The notes beneath the pieces are model-generated. The model worked only from the letters and a program-made list of their open reading frames with translations. It was not told where the DNA came from and did no database searches. Positions 10,353-19,224 of a stretch of 64,000 bases of DNA are shown one piece after another. Each line of letters starts with the position of its first letter. Positions within the stretch are counted from its first letter, which is position 1. The DNA is from Gammaproteobacteria bacterium (lineage in GTDB: Bacteria > Pseudomonadota > Gammaproteobacteria > JBCCGL01). The position numbers were made by a program, and so were the translations under genes. The DNA is taken from positions 1,568,001 through 1,632,000 of the forward strand of contig OZ255836.1 of assembly GCA_965277715.1 (NCBI GenBank), read 5' to 3'.

Positions 10353-10925
10353 ATGAAAAACCTCACAAACCACCTCAAAGCGCTACAAAGCCCCCCCTAC
10401 CTACTTTACTGCATTCTGCTACTCAGCCCACCGGCCATCGCTGAAGAAACACCTGCCCCAGACAGTGCCTATGACTGCACAGTAGTACAGATTGACAACA
10501 TCGATGAATCGACACTCACCAAAACCGAGCGCATTGCACTAATGGAACAGGCATTACTCGACTCAATCGATCAATACGACAGTTGCATCGACACGGCTAT
10601 CAGCAAAAACGCCGCCACAGGTGGCGGTGGCAGAGGTGAAGACGGAGGTGAAAGTGGTGAAGGCAAAGGTGAGAATGAAAGCGAAGGTAAAAGTGAAGGC
10701 GAGAATAATCAAGAAACCGGCGATGAAGGTAATGAAGACAACCAGAGCGCAGAAAACAACCACACCGAATCGGGTACAAGCGGCGCTAAAAATGAAGAAA
10801 TCGACCCAAAGGACAACGATGCCGCCGTGTGCATCATGCTAAAAGACGAGTTGAAAATAGAAACAGACCCAGAAAAAAAACGCGAATTAAAAGAAATTTA
10901 TACCGACTATAATTGTCGTAACTGA
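10353..10925 (+). CDS. Exported hypothetical protein with G/E-rich low-complexity linker; first gene of the envelope cluster
   Basis: Signal-peptide-like N-terminus (..PPAIA-EE), four Cys in the mature part, acidic linker, helical C-terminus ETDPEKKRELKEIY. Confidence 0.7.
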   Translation: MKNLTNHLKALQSPPYLLYCILLLSPPAIAEETPAPDSAYDCTVVQIDNIDESTLTKTERIALMEQALLDSIDQYDSCIDTAISKNAATGGGGRGEDGGESGEGKGENESEGKSEGENNQETGDEGNEDNQSAENNHTESGTSGAKNEEIDPKDNDAAVCIMLKDELKIETDPEKKRELKEIYTDYNCRN

Positions 10926-11033
10926 ACCCAAATACCACATAACAAACACTGATACTGTACCCATTCTTGGTTTCACAGAAAAATACCTGTTTTTATCAAA
11001 AACAACACTTATCGTCAGCACAGGAACGACCCT

Positions 11034-12350
11034 ATGCATACGCAGTACAGCACAAAAACAAACGGCTGTTTAAAGACCAAAAGCGCATGGGATATTGTGC
11101 TCCTCTTCATCTGCCTGCTGAGCCTCTCAGGCTGTAAAGCTCTCAACATCATCGACTCCTCCCCCTCTGCCGAACCGGCAGTTGGCCCCATTGTCGGCCC
11201 AGGCTCGACCACAACCAACCCAGAGACAGGCAAAAAACCATACACCTACAACTCAGATATATACCTGGACGTAGTGATCCCCGTATTTGACCCCGGACTC
11301 CCCTTGAATGAACACGGCGATGTGGACTATCAGCAGGTCGGTGAGCAAGGCATCTGGCCCCAACTAAGGCGTGCGGAAGCCAACCGTTTCGCAGTCGAAA
11401 CCAAGCGGGCCATTGGCAATATCGGTGCTTTTGGTGCCGTTAGCGTGGTGCCTGACGCATCTGCCAGCGGCGATGTTTATGTACTGGGCCATATTGATCA
11501 TTCTGACAGCGAAACGATCAAACTCACCGTTAATGTCCTGGATAGCCAAAGCAAATCCTGGGGTAAAAAACAATTTGAACACCACGTCAGCCCCGGATTT
11601 TTCCGGGACAAAAACAACGCTGAAAAAGACCCGTACGAGCCTGTTTTCAACCACATAGCCGACTACCTTTACCAACTGTTAAAAACCAAATCTGAACAGG
11701 AAAAAGACACCATTAAAGCCGTTACCGAGCTACGCTACGCCCAGCTCTACGCACCCGAATTATTCGGCCAGCACCTCAGGCTCGATAAAACCTGGGATGG
11801 CAATTACTACTACACGCTGCTCAGCCTGCCGAGTGAAAACGATACCATGACCCGGCGAATAGCACCGCTTCGCCTGCAAGACCAACGCTTTATTGACCGC
11901 CTGCAAATTCATTACGAAGGCTTTAACGCCCGCTCCGATGAGAGCTATCGCGCCTGGCAAAAAGAAACCCTACCTAAAGTCGTCGCGTTTAAAGAAGTGC
12001 AAGCTGAGAAAAGTAAAAAAATAACCCTTGGCATACTCTCGGCAGTGGCTGCCGCTGTTCTGAGCAACAACTCAAATTCAACGGTGGGTAATATCGGCAC
12101 AACAATTGGGGCATTGGCCAGTGCTGTGCTAATCAGTGATGCGCTGGGTAAAAATGAAGAGCTCAAAGTACACAAAGTTTCTCTGGATGAAATGGGTGAG
12201 TCACTGGATATTGAATTAAGCCCTCAGGTCATCGCGCACAACGAACAGACCATCGAGCTGACCGGCACCGCCAACGAACAATACCAGCAATGGAGAAGCC
12301 ACTTACAAGCGATATACGCGCTTGAAAAAACACCCGACACACAACTCTAG
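11034..12350 (+). CDS. Putative lipoprotein of unknown function
   Basis: Hydrophobic stretch ending in lipobox LSGC; glycine-zipper-like hydrophobic hairpin near the C-terminus. Confidence 0.78.
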   Translation: MHTQYSTKTNGCLKTKSAWDIVLLFICLLSLSGCKALNIIDSSPSAEPAVGPIVGPGSTTTNPETGKKPYTYNSDIYLDVVIPVFDPGLPLNEHGDVDYQQVGEQGIWPQLRRAEANRFAVETKRAIGNIGAFGAVSVVPDASASGDVYVLGHIDHSDSETIKLTVNVLDSQSKSWGKKQFEHHVSPGFFRDKNNAEKDPYEPVFNHIADYLYQLLKTKSEQEKDTIKAVTELRYAQLYAPELFGQHLRLDKTWDGNYYYTLLSLPSENDTMTRRIAPLRLQDQRFIDRLQIHYEGFNARSDESYRAWQKETLPKVVAFKEVQAEKSKKITLGILSAVAAAVLSNNSNSTVGNIGTTIGALASAVLISDALGKNEELKVHKVSLDEMGESLDIELSPQVIAHNEQTIELTGTANEQYQQWRSHLQAIYALEKTPDTQL

Positions 12351-12359
12351 GACACCGGG

Positions 12360-13814
12360 TTGCTGGACCAACAAATAGAGCAGTCACGCGCCAGGCGTGC
12401 GGCCAGTTTACGCAAAGGATTGATCGCCTGCCTTGGGCTGCTGGGCGCAATTCTCCTCGCGTATAGCCTTGTCCATTTTATCGACACAAGGCCTGCCGCT
12501 GACCCTGCCGCCGACCCTGTCACCGACGTAGGGGTTACCCCGGCACCTCCCGCAGTAGAAAATGATACCGCAACAATCGATAATGAACCGCTCAATAGTG
12601 AGGCAGATAGAAAGCAATTTCAGCAGATGCTAAGTCAGTTTGAAGAGGCGCACGCGTCGCACTTGTCTGACCAGGATTTCTTAAACTGGCAGCCACATAC
12701 CGCCGCTGATCCGCTCGACATAAAAACACAGGCACTGGCTTTATTTGCAGCGGGCAGTTACACCCACGCCATCACAACACTCGAACAGGCCGACGATACG
12801 GCGATACGCCTGCACAACGAATGGCAGGCAGCCTATGAGGATAAACTCAACAGGGCGCAACACGCCTACGACAACGGCGAAATCAAACCCGCGCAATTGC
12901 ACCTGAACCAGGCGTTCAAAATAAAATCTTCAGAAGAACGTGGCCTGGCACTACAAAAAAAACTGACCAGCCACCCGCGTGTTGCAAAACTATTGCAACA
13001 ATTAAACGTGGCCAACGTTGAAAACAACCTGCATAAACAGGCCGGTATACTCGGCGAAATAGTCACCGTTGACCCCACCCGAACTGAGATGAAAAAAACC
13101 CTGCAAGGCGTAAGAAAAAAAATAAACGACGCCGCATTTAGCCGCTACCTTGCCCAGGGGTTATCAGCCATTGACAGCGGCCAGATAAACGATGCCCGTA
13201 CCGCGTATCGACACGCCAAAAATATCTACGCCAAGCGCCCCGAATTAAATACCTTGCAACAGAAAATCACAGACAAAAAAACAGCAAACGAATTCAACCA
13301 CCTTATTCGACAACTGGCCGAGGCAGCCCAATCGGATAACTGGGCATCGGTTGCCGGTATTGCACAATCACCTTACCAGACTGACCCACAGGTACAGGCG
13401 TATTTAAACGATGCCGCCCATATACTCCGTTTGCAGAAACAGGCAAACCACTACCTCGATAGACCAGAGAGGCTACTGGATAAAAACATCCGTACACAGG
13501 CCAAAAAATTCATAAAAGAACACTTTCGCTCGACACTAAAAAGCCCACAGTTTGCCAAACAAATAAACGCACTGAGTGAAACCATCAGAAATGCCGAAAT
13601 TGAACAACCCCTACGCATTACCTCAAACGGGGAGACCGACATATGGGTACTGGGTGTTGGGCACGTGGGGGAAACCACGCAAAAAGACATCGTACTACCA
13701 CCGGGCCGTTATACCCTGGAAGGACGTTGTGACGGCTATCGACATAAACAGCTAACCGTTGCCCTGCCGGGGCAACACAGCATCCACTTGGTATGTGATG
13801 AACGAATTAGATAA
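12360..13814 (+). CDS. Membrane-anchored helical (TPR-like) protein with a C-terminal PEGA-like beta domain
   Basis: Single N-terminal TM, Pro/Ala linker, long helical repeats, C-terminal LRITSNGETDIWV.GVG.VG...LPPGRYTLEG.C.GY. Confidence 0.72.
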   Translation: MLDQQIEQSRARRAASLRKGLIACLGLLGAILLAYSLVHFIDTRPAADPAADPVTDVGVTPAPPAVENDTATIDNEPLNSEADRKQFQQMLSQFEEAHASHLSDQDFLNWQPHTAADPLDIKTQALALFAAGSYTHAITTLEQADDTAIRLHNEWQAAYEDKLNRAQHAYDNGEIKPAQLHLNQAFKIKSSEERGLALQKKLTSHPRVAKLLQQLNVANVENNLHKQAGILGEIVTVDPTRTEMKKTLQGVRKKINDAAFSRYLAQGLSAIDSGQINDARTAYRHAKNIYAKRPELNTLQQKITDKKTANEFNHLIRQLAEAAQSDNWASVAGIAQSPYQTDPQVQAYLNDAAHILRLQKQANHYLDRPERLLDKNIRTQAKKFIKEHFRSTLKSPQFAKQINALSETIRNAEIEQPLRITSNGETDIWVLGVGHVGETTQKDIVLPPGRYTLEGRCDGYRHKQLTVALPGQHSIHLVCDERIR

Positions 13815-15816
13815 AACCATACAACAGGCCAGAAAAAAACACTTTTTACAGACCCTCATCATCGGTGGCTTATTGCTTATTGGTTTGCTGGGGTATGCAT
13901 TCTGGTTGTTTGTAGCCAAGGGCTATGTACTGACGATAATGCCTGAAGAGGCAAAAGCCAGCCATTTTGTCACCCTGCAGAAAGGCCAGGGGCTCTACCT
14001 TGGCGGTGTACTGTACACCCTCTCAGGCCAAACCCGTTTTGAAGTTGGCGCAGCGGGCTTTGAATCTGAAACTGTCGATATCAATGCAAGCACCGATAGC
14101 ACCCTTGCTATCACCTTACAGCCAAGCCCCGGAGTTTTATTTGGCCGCACCATCCCCAGCGCCACCGATACCGAATGGACGATAAACGGCACCTTAGTGC
14201 ATATAGGTGAAACCCTGGAACACCCCATGGAGCCCGGCGAACACACGATTGCGATTAATCATAAATACCACCAACCGTTAAACAATACCGTTTCCATAAA
14301 ACGCGGCGAAAAAATACAAAAAGAATGGCCATTACAGACGATCGATGGCCAGTTACTCATACAGGCATCCCCCGTCACTGCTGAGGTTTATATTGACGAA
14401 ACACCCGTTGGCGCCACGCCGCTAAGCCTTGAACGACCAGCGGGTCGCTACGCCATCAAAGTCGCCGCCAAAGGTTACGAGACAATCGATGAAAACATCG
14501 AAATAAACAATGAAAATACCCGTATTACGCGCCAATACCAATTGGCACCCCGCAAAGGCACTGTATCGTTTACGCTCTCCCCGGCGGGGGGTGTATTGAT
14601 TGTCGATGGCGTGGCAATCAAACCCTCCGCAACCAACACCAGCGGGCAGACCCCAGTAACCGTTCAGGCGCCTATTATCGCCAACAAAAAACACACCGTT
14701 CGCTACAGCAAACCAGGCTACTCAAACCACACCAGCACAGTCAGCGTTTCACCGGGTGAGAATAAAGCCGTTTCAATTGCCCTTAAAAAGCAATGGGGGA
14801 CACTCAAAATCACCACATCACCGGCAGCCACCGTTTTAATTGACGGCAAACCGGCAGGCCAGTCACCCCTGACAACAAAACTGTCCACAGTGAAACACAA
14901 ACTGGAATTTGTTTTACCCGGCTATCGCACCCACACCCAATACATCACGCCACGCAATAATACCGTCGAAAAAATCGACGTGGCCCTGCTGACCGAATTT
15001 GCCGCTCGACAAAAAGCGGGCAAGCCCCTGTATGTATCGACCCTTGGCATCGACCTGTTGCAACTCAGGCCCCATGCCTTCCAGATGGGTTCCCCGCCCA
15101 ATGAAAAAGGCCGGAGCCGTAATGAGTTTCAAATTGATGTCGATTTCTCCCGCAAAATCTGGGTGAGTCGACACGAAATCACCGAGGCCCAATACGCCGC
15201 CTTCGATGCATCCAAAGCCACCTCCACACTACCCGTCACCGATATTTCATGGTCTGAGGCCGCTCAATACTGCAATTGGTTAAGCCAGCGGGAAGGCCTA
15301 CCCGTGTTTTACACAATCAATGCGAGGCGCATACTGGGCTTTAACCCACAGGCCAAAGGTTATCGCTTATTGACTGAGGCGGAATGGGAATGGCTTGCCA
15401 AAAAAGCCAAACGGTCGACACCCACCACATACGTATGGGGCAATAGCGGGCGTATTCCCAAAAATGCGGGCAATTTTGCCGACAGGACACTGGGCAAAAA
15501 AACAACCTTTTACTTTAAAAAATACACCGACGGCTTTGCTGGCAAAGCACCTGTTGGCAGCTTTAAAGCCGATAGAGTAGGCTTATACGATTTGGCGGGG
15601 AATGTGAGTGAGTGGGTGCATGATAAACACACCAACACACCCCCCGAAATACCGGGCGTCGCTATCGACTACACAGGGGCGGTAAGAGGCAGTGGCCATA
15701 TAGTGAAAGGGGGAAACTACCTCAGTGGCAGGCCGGCCGAACTGCGTGGCGCCTATCGGGCGACCAACAAAAGCCGCGACCCGACCATTGGTTTTAGAAT
15801 TGCCCGGTATCATTGA
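13798..15816 (+). CDS. Membrane-anchored PEGA-repeat protein with a C-terminal SUMF1/FGE-sulfatase-like domain
   Basis: TM, several PEGA repeats (AEVYIDETPVGATPL; ATVLIDGKPAGQSPL), then FQMGS, HEITEAQY, PVTDISWSEAAQYCNWLS, YRLLTEAEWE, GLYDLAGNVSEW, IGFRIAR. Start placed at ATG 13798 (MNELDK), overlapping the upstream stop. Confidence 0.88.
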   Translation: MNELDKTIQQARKKHFLQTLIIGGLLLIGLLGYAFWLFVAKGYVLTIMPEEAKASHFVTLQKGQGLYLGGVLYTLSGQTRFEVGAAGFESETVDINASTDSTLAITLQPSPGVLFGRTIPSATDTEWTINGTLVHIGETLEHPMEPGEHTIAINHKYHQPLNNTVSIKRGEKIQKEWPLQTIDGQLLIQASPVTAEVYIDETPVGATPLSLERPAGRYAIKVAAKGYETIDENIEINNENTRITRQYQLAPRKGTVSFTLSPAGGVLIVDGVAIKPSATNTSGQTPVTVQAPIIANKKHTVRYSKPGYSNHTSTVSVSPGENKAVSIALKKQWGTLKITTSPAATVLIDGKPAGQSPLTTKLSTVKHKLEFVLPGYRTHTQYITPRNNTVEKIDVALLTEFAARQKAGKPLYVSTLGIDLLQLRPHAFQMGSPPNEKGRSRNEFQIDVDFSRKIWVSRHEITEAQYAAFDASKATSTLPVTDISWSEAAQYCNWLSQREGLPVFYTINARRILGFNPQAKGYRLLTEAEWEWLAKKAKRSTPTTYVWGNSGRIPKNAGNFADRTLGKKTTFYFKKYTDGFAGKAPVGSFKADRVGLYDLAGNVSEWVHDKHTNTPPEIPGVAIDYTGAVRGSGHIVKGGNYLSGRPAELRGAYRATNKSRDPTIGFRIARYH

Positions 15817-15903
15817 GAGTGAACACCCCCTGGCCCCTCTTTCATAAAGAGAAGATTAGGGGGTATCTAAATTTATTTACGGCAAATCACAACAGGAACA
15901 ACC

Positions 15904-16029
15904 ATGAAAAAACCGCACACGATGAAAATTATCTTAATTACCCTGCTACTGATTGCCGGTGGTTCGGCAGCACTGGCCGCAGTAAAAATCAGCCTGGACA
16001 CCCCCGCCCGGCTCCCTATTGATATTTGA
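15904..16029 (+). CDS. 41-aa exported micro-protein
   Basis: MKKPHTMKIILITLLLIAGGSAALAAVKISLDTPARLPIDI*. AGGA RBS upstream; the stop lies 1 nt before the next ATG; signal peptide with an ALA-A site. Below the ORF-track length cutoff. Confidence 0.7.
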   Translation: MKKPHTMKIILITLLLIAGGSAALAAVKISLDTPARLPIDI

Positions 16030-16030
16030 T

Positions 16031-16852
16031 ATGAAAAACAATAGCCATGACGGAATGAACCCACACTGGATTGTCTCCGGCATTGTTCTGATCGTTTGCT
16101 TCACCCTTGTGCACCTGCTCTTTGAAGGCATTGTACGACCAAGCGCAGAAACCGTGCTCAACGGTAGCGGCACCACCGCCATGCTGAATGTGTTTGTCAT
16201 TTTAAAAGACACCGAACAGCAACTTTGCCTCTCAGCCATGTTGTATTGTCTGTTTTTAATCGCCTATAAATTGTTTGCCCTGGTCGGTGAAGAAGATTTT
16301 TACACGCGTGACTTTTTACACGGTGTTTTTACCGATGACAGCCCCAGTGACGGAGCACCCGACGAGGCAGCCGACGAAAATAACAATAAAAAATTTAATA
16401 TCGATATTGCCCTAAACACCCTGCAAAACAGCAAATATAAAGACAACTCGGCCATTGCCACCTGGATCAACTGCCTCCAGCGGTATAAAAATACCCACAA
16501 CGTTCAGCACGCCTCAGACGCCATCGTCTCCAGTGTTGAGGCGCTGGCTATGCAACTGGAGTCGGGCAACAATATGATTCGCTACATTATCTGGGCAATT
16601 CCCTCTATTGGTTTTGTCGGCACCGTTAGAGGCATCGGTCAGGCGCTGGCAAAGGCCGACGAAGCACTGGCTGGCAATATCGCCGGGATGACCTCAAGCC
16701 TGGGGGTCGCCTTTAATTCAACTTTTGTGGCGCTATTGATTAGCTTATTGTTGATGTTTTTACTGCATATACTGCAAAGCCGCCAGGATCAAATGGTAAT
16801 CAACACACAGCGCAGTTGTGAAAAAAACTTACTTTCACATTTACACCAGTAA
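16031..16852 (+). CDS. MotA/TolQ/ExbB proton-channel family protein
   Basis: WAIPSIGFVGTVRGI and LGVAFNSTFVAL helices carrying the conserved Pro/Gly/Thr residues of the family. Confidence 0.9.
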   Translation: MKNNSHDGMNPHWIVSGIVLIVCFTLVHLLFEGIVRPSAETVLNGSGTTAMLNVFVILKDTEQQLCLSAMLYCLFLIAYKLFALVGEEDFYTRDFLHGVFTDDSPSDGAPDEAADENNNKKFNIDIALNTLQNSKYKDNSAIATWINCLQRYKNTHNVQHASDAIVSSVEALAMQLESGNNMIRYIIWAIPSIGFVGTVRGIGQALAKADEALAGNIAGMTSSLGVAFNSTFVALLISLLLMFLLHILQSRQDQMVINTQRSCEKNLLSHLHQ

Positions 16853-16857
16853 CTTGC

Positions 16858-17928
16858 ATGTTCAAACGGCGCGCTCCCGACGGTTTTAATCTGGCGTTTC
16901 TGGATGTCATGGCCTGTGGTCTTGGGGCAATAATTCTCATTTTAATGTTGGTCAAATTCAACGCGCCCACAACAACCCCTAGCGACGCACTGGAAACGTT
17001 ACAACAAGAACTCAACGCCTTGCAGGATCAACAAACAGCGCAGCAGGCAGATATCGATGCGGTCAATAAAAAAATTGCCACAGCAACCACTGCCAGTAAA
17101 CAGATACAACAGAATCTCCAGCAATTAAAAATTCAACAGGACGCCACTCAACGCGCTGTCAACGATAAAAAAGCCATATTGGCAAAAGTCGAAAAATCCG
17201 TTGCGGCCGCCGCGCCCAGACAGGCGGAAGACCCGATCAAACTACAAGGCGCAGGGGAGGAAAACTACTTATTAGGCCTCAAGGTGGAAGGTCGGCACAT
17301 CGGTATACTTATCGATGCCAGTGCCTCGATGACCAATGAAAAACTGATCGATATTATTAAAAGCAAAATTTCCAGTGACGCAAAAAAAAAATCATCACCA
17401 AAATGGCAGCGCACCAAAAGAGTGGCTAAATGGTTATTGGCCAGAGTGCCACAACAGTCAAACGTTACTATGGTTAGTTTTAACAAAACCGCCAATCAGA
17501 TCGGGCCTCGCCGCGTTGTCCCCGCAACCAGTCGTCTGGGTATGAAACAACTGGCCGCAAGTATTGACCAACTGATACCGCACAATGGCACCAACCTGCA
17601 AGGTGCACTGACAGAAATAAAAAAACTCAGCCCGGATATGACACACCTTTACATCGTCACCGATGGTCTGCCAACACTCGGCGAAAATGCAAAAACCATC
17701 AGTTCGCTGGCACGCTGCGCATTGTTTTTCAGCAAATCTAAAACCATTACCGGGGAGTGCCGCCTGAGCCTGTTTGTGTATACCGTAAAACAGGCCAACA
17801 TGAGCGGTGTTCAGGTAAATGTTATCCTGTTGCCTCTGGAAGGTGACCCGCAGGCACCCCAGGCCTATTGGGAGTGGACGGCATCAACAGGCGGGTTGAT
17901 GATCAGCCCGGCGGATTCCTGGCCATGA
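16858..17928 (+). CDS. ExbD-like TM + coiled coil + vWA domain protein
   Basis: N-terminal TM NLAFLDVMACGLGA with Asp, coiled coil, MIDAS DASAS...GTN...VTDG. Confidence 0.85.
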   Translation: MFKRRAPDGFNLAFLDVMACGLGAIILILMLVKFNAPTTTPSDALETLQQELNALQDQQTAQQADIDAVNKKIATATTASKQIQQNLQQLKIQQDATQRAVNDKKAILAKVEKSVAAAAPRQAEDPIKLQGAGEENYLLGLKVEGRHIGILIDASASMTNEKLIDIIKSKISSDAKKKSSPKWQRTKRVAKWLLARVPQQSNVTMVSFNKTANQIGPRRVVPATSRLGMKQLAASIDQLIPHNGTNLQGALTEIKKLSPDMTHLYIVTDGLPTLGENAKTISSLARCALFFSKSKTITGECRLSLFVYTVKQANMSGVQVNVILLPLEGDPQAPQAYWEWTASTGGLMISPADSWP

Positions 17929-18866
17929 AAAGGCAGCGCGCTCCCCTGGAAGTCTTTAATATCGCTTTTTTGGATATTATTAGCTGCGCCTTTGGGGCTA
18001 TTGTCCTCTTAGTGCTACTGGCAAAAAATGACACGGAGGGGACATTTTTTGATGTGGCGCAGATAAGCGAGCTGATTCAGGCCGTCACCGCCGCCGAAAG
18101 CGAGCTGGATCAACAGCGCGCATCCCTGGCAAACAAGCGACAACAGCTCCGGCAAATACACCGGGCCTCAGCCAGCAATGCAACACAAAAAGACGCGTTG
18201 GAGAGTGACATTGCCGCCGCCAAAAACCGTGTGCAGCAACTGACCTCAACTGCCGACGGTTTAAGCCGAATCGTCACCTCGCGGCAACGCGCCGCCACCC
18301 GACAAGGCACGGCAACCGAGCGCGACGAAGAGGTCGGTGGTATTCCCGTCGACAGCGAATACGTGATTTTTATCATCGATACATCGGGCAGTATGAAGCG
18401 CATCTGGGGCGAGGTACTGGACACCATGAGTGATATTCTCGATAACCACCCCAAGGTCAAAGGTTTTCAGGTAATGAGTGATATGGGGGAATACCTATTA
18501 TCCACCTCGGCAGGTAAATGGCGCAAAGACACCCGCAAAAGCCGAAAAGCCATCTTATCCGCCATGCAGCGATGGCACACCCACAGCAATAGCAGCCCGG
18601 TTGAAGGCCTCGAGGTGGCATTAAAAACCTACGCAAAAAAGACCACCAGTTTATCTATCTATATCCTGGGTGATGAATACTCCGGTGGCTCTTACGACCC
18701 TGTTATCAATACCCTGAATACACTCAACACCCACCCTAAAACAGGAGAACGCCTCGCCCGCGTACACGCCATTGGTTTTGTCTCTGGCGCCCGGACCCTT
18801 AAATACTCAACCTTGATGCGTGAAGTCACCCGGCAAAACCGGGGGACTTTTTTGGCGTTGCCTTAA
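17925..18866 (+). CDS. Second ExbD-like TM + coiled coil + vWA domain protein
   Basis: ATGA overlap with the previous gene; TM NIAFLDIISCAFGA, coiled coil, IIDTSGSM...ILGDE. Confidence 0.85.
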   Translation: MKRQRAPLEVFNIAFLDIISCAFGAIVLLVLLAKNDTEGTFFDVAQISELIQAVTAAESELDQQRASLANKRQQLRQIHRASASNATQKDALESDIAAAKNRVQQLTSTADGLSRIVTSRQRAATRQGTATERDEEVGGIPVDSEYVIFIIDTSGSMKRIWGEVLDTMSDILDNHPKVKGFQVMSDMGEYLLSTSAGKWRKDTRKSRKAILSAMQRWHTHSNSSPVEGLEVALKTYAKKTTSLSIYILGDEYSGGSYDPVINTLNTLNTHPKTGERLARVHAIGFVSGARTLKYSTLMREVTRQNRGTFLALP

Positions 18867-18967
18867 AAATAAAGTGCGACGGACACGACGCGATGCGATG
18901 TGGTAATAGGGAGTGTCTGAAAGATGGTGTATTGTTAAATAACTGTAGCAACCCAAGACATCAACTT

Positions 18968-19057
18968 CTCTAACAAACGGCTCAACTGGGGGGCGAGTGT
19001 AGCCACTGCTCTGTTTCTGATACATTGTGCCCCGTACCCGTTAGCCGAACGTCAGGT
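18968..19057 (+). other. attC-like integron cassette recombination site (degenerate)
   Basis: CTCTAAC-AAACG-GCTCAAC...GTTAGC-CGAAC-GTCAGGT: R and L boxes, 5-nt spacers, extra C in the left L box, inner stem GGGGC..GTGTA / TACAT..GCCCC; 90 bp. Confidence 0.65.
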
Positions 19058-19224
19058 AATTAACTAAAATACAGGTAGAGAGTAATAAAATGAAATCCGA
19101 ATCTACCGCTATTATCGAATCTGCTCCACAAGGGGGGTATTGGGCAATCTGCCCCCCTGTGTGTCAACCTCACCTCAAGCCACTATGATTTAAGTTAACA
19201 TCTAAATCAGGGCAGCTATCGAGA

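Noticed and set aside
13798-15816. FGE/CLec-fold C-terminus as a diversity-generating retroelement target
   Set aside because: No reverse transcriptase and no second near-copy of the 3' end (template repeat) was seen in the window.
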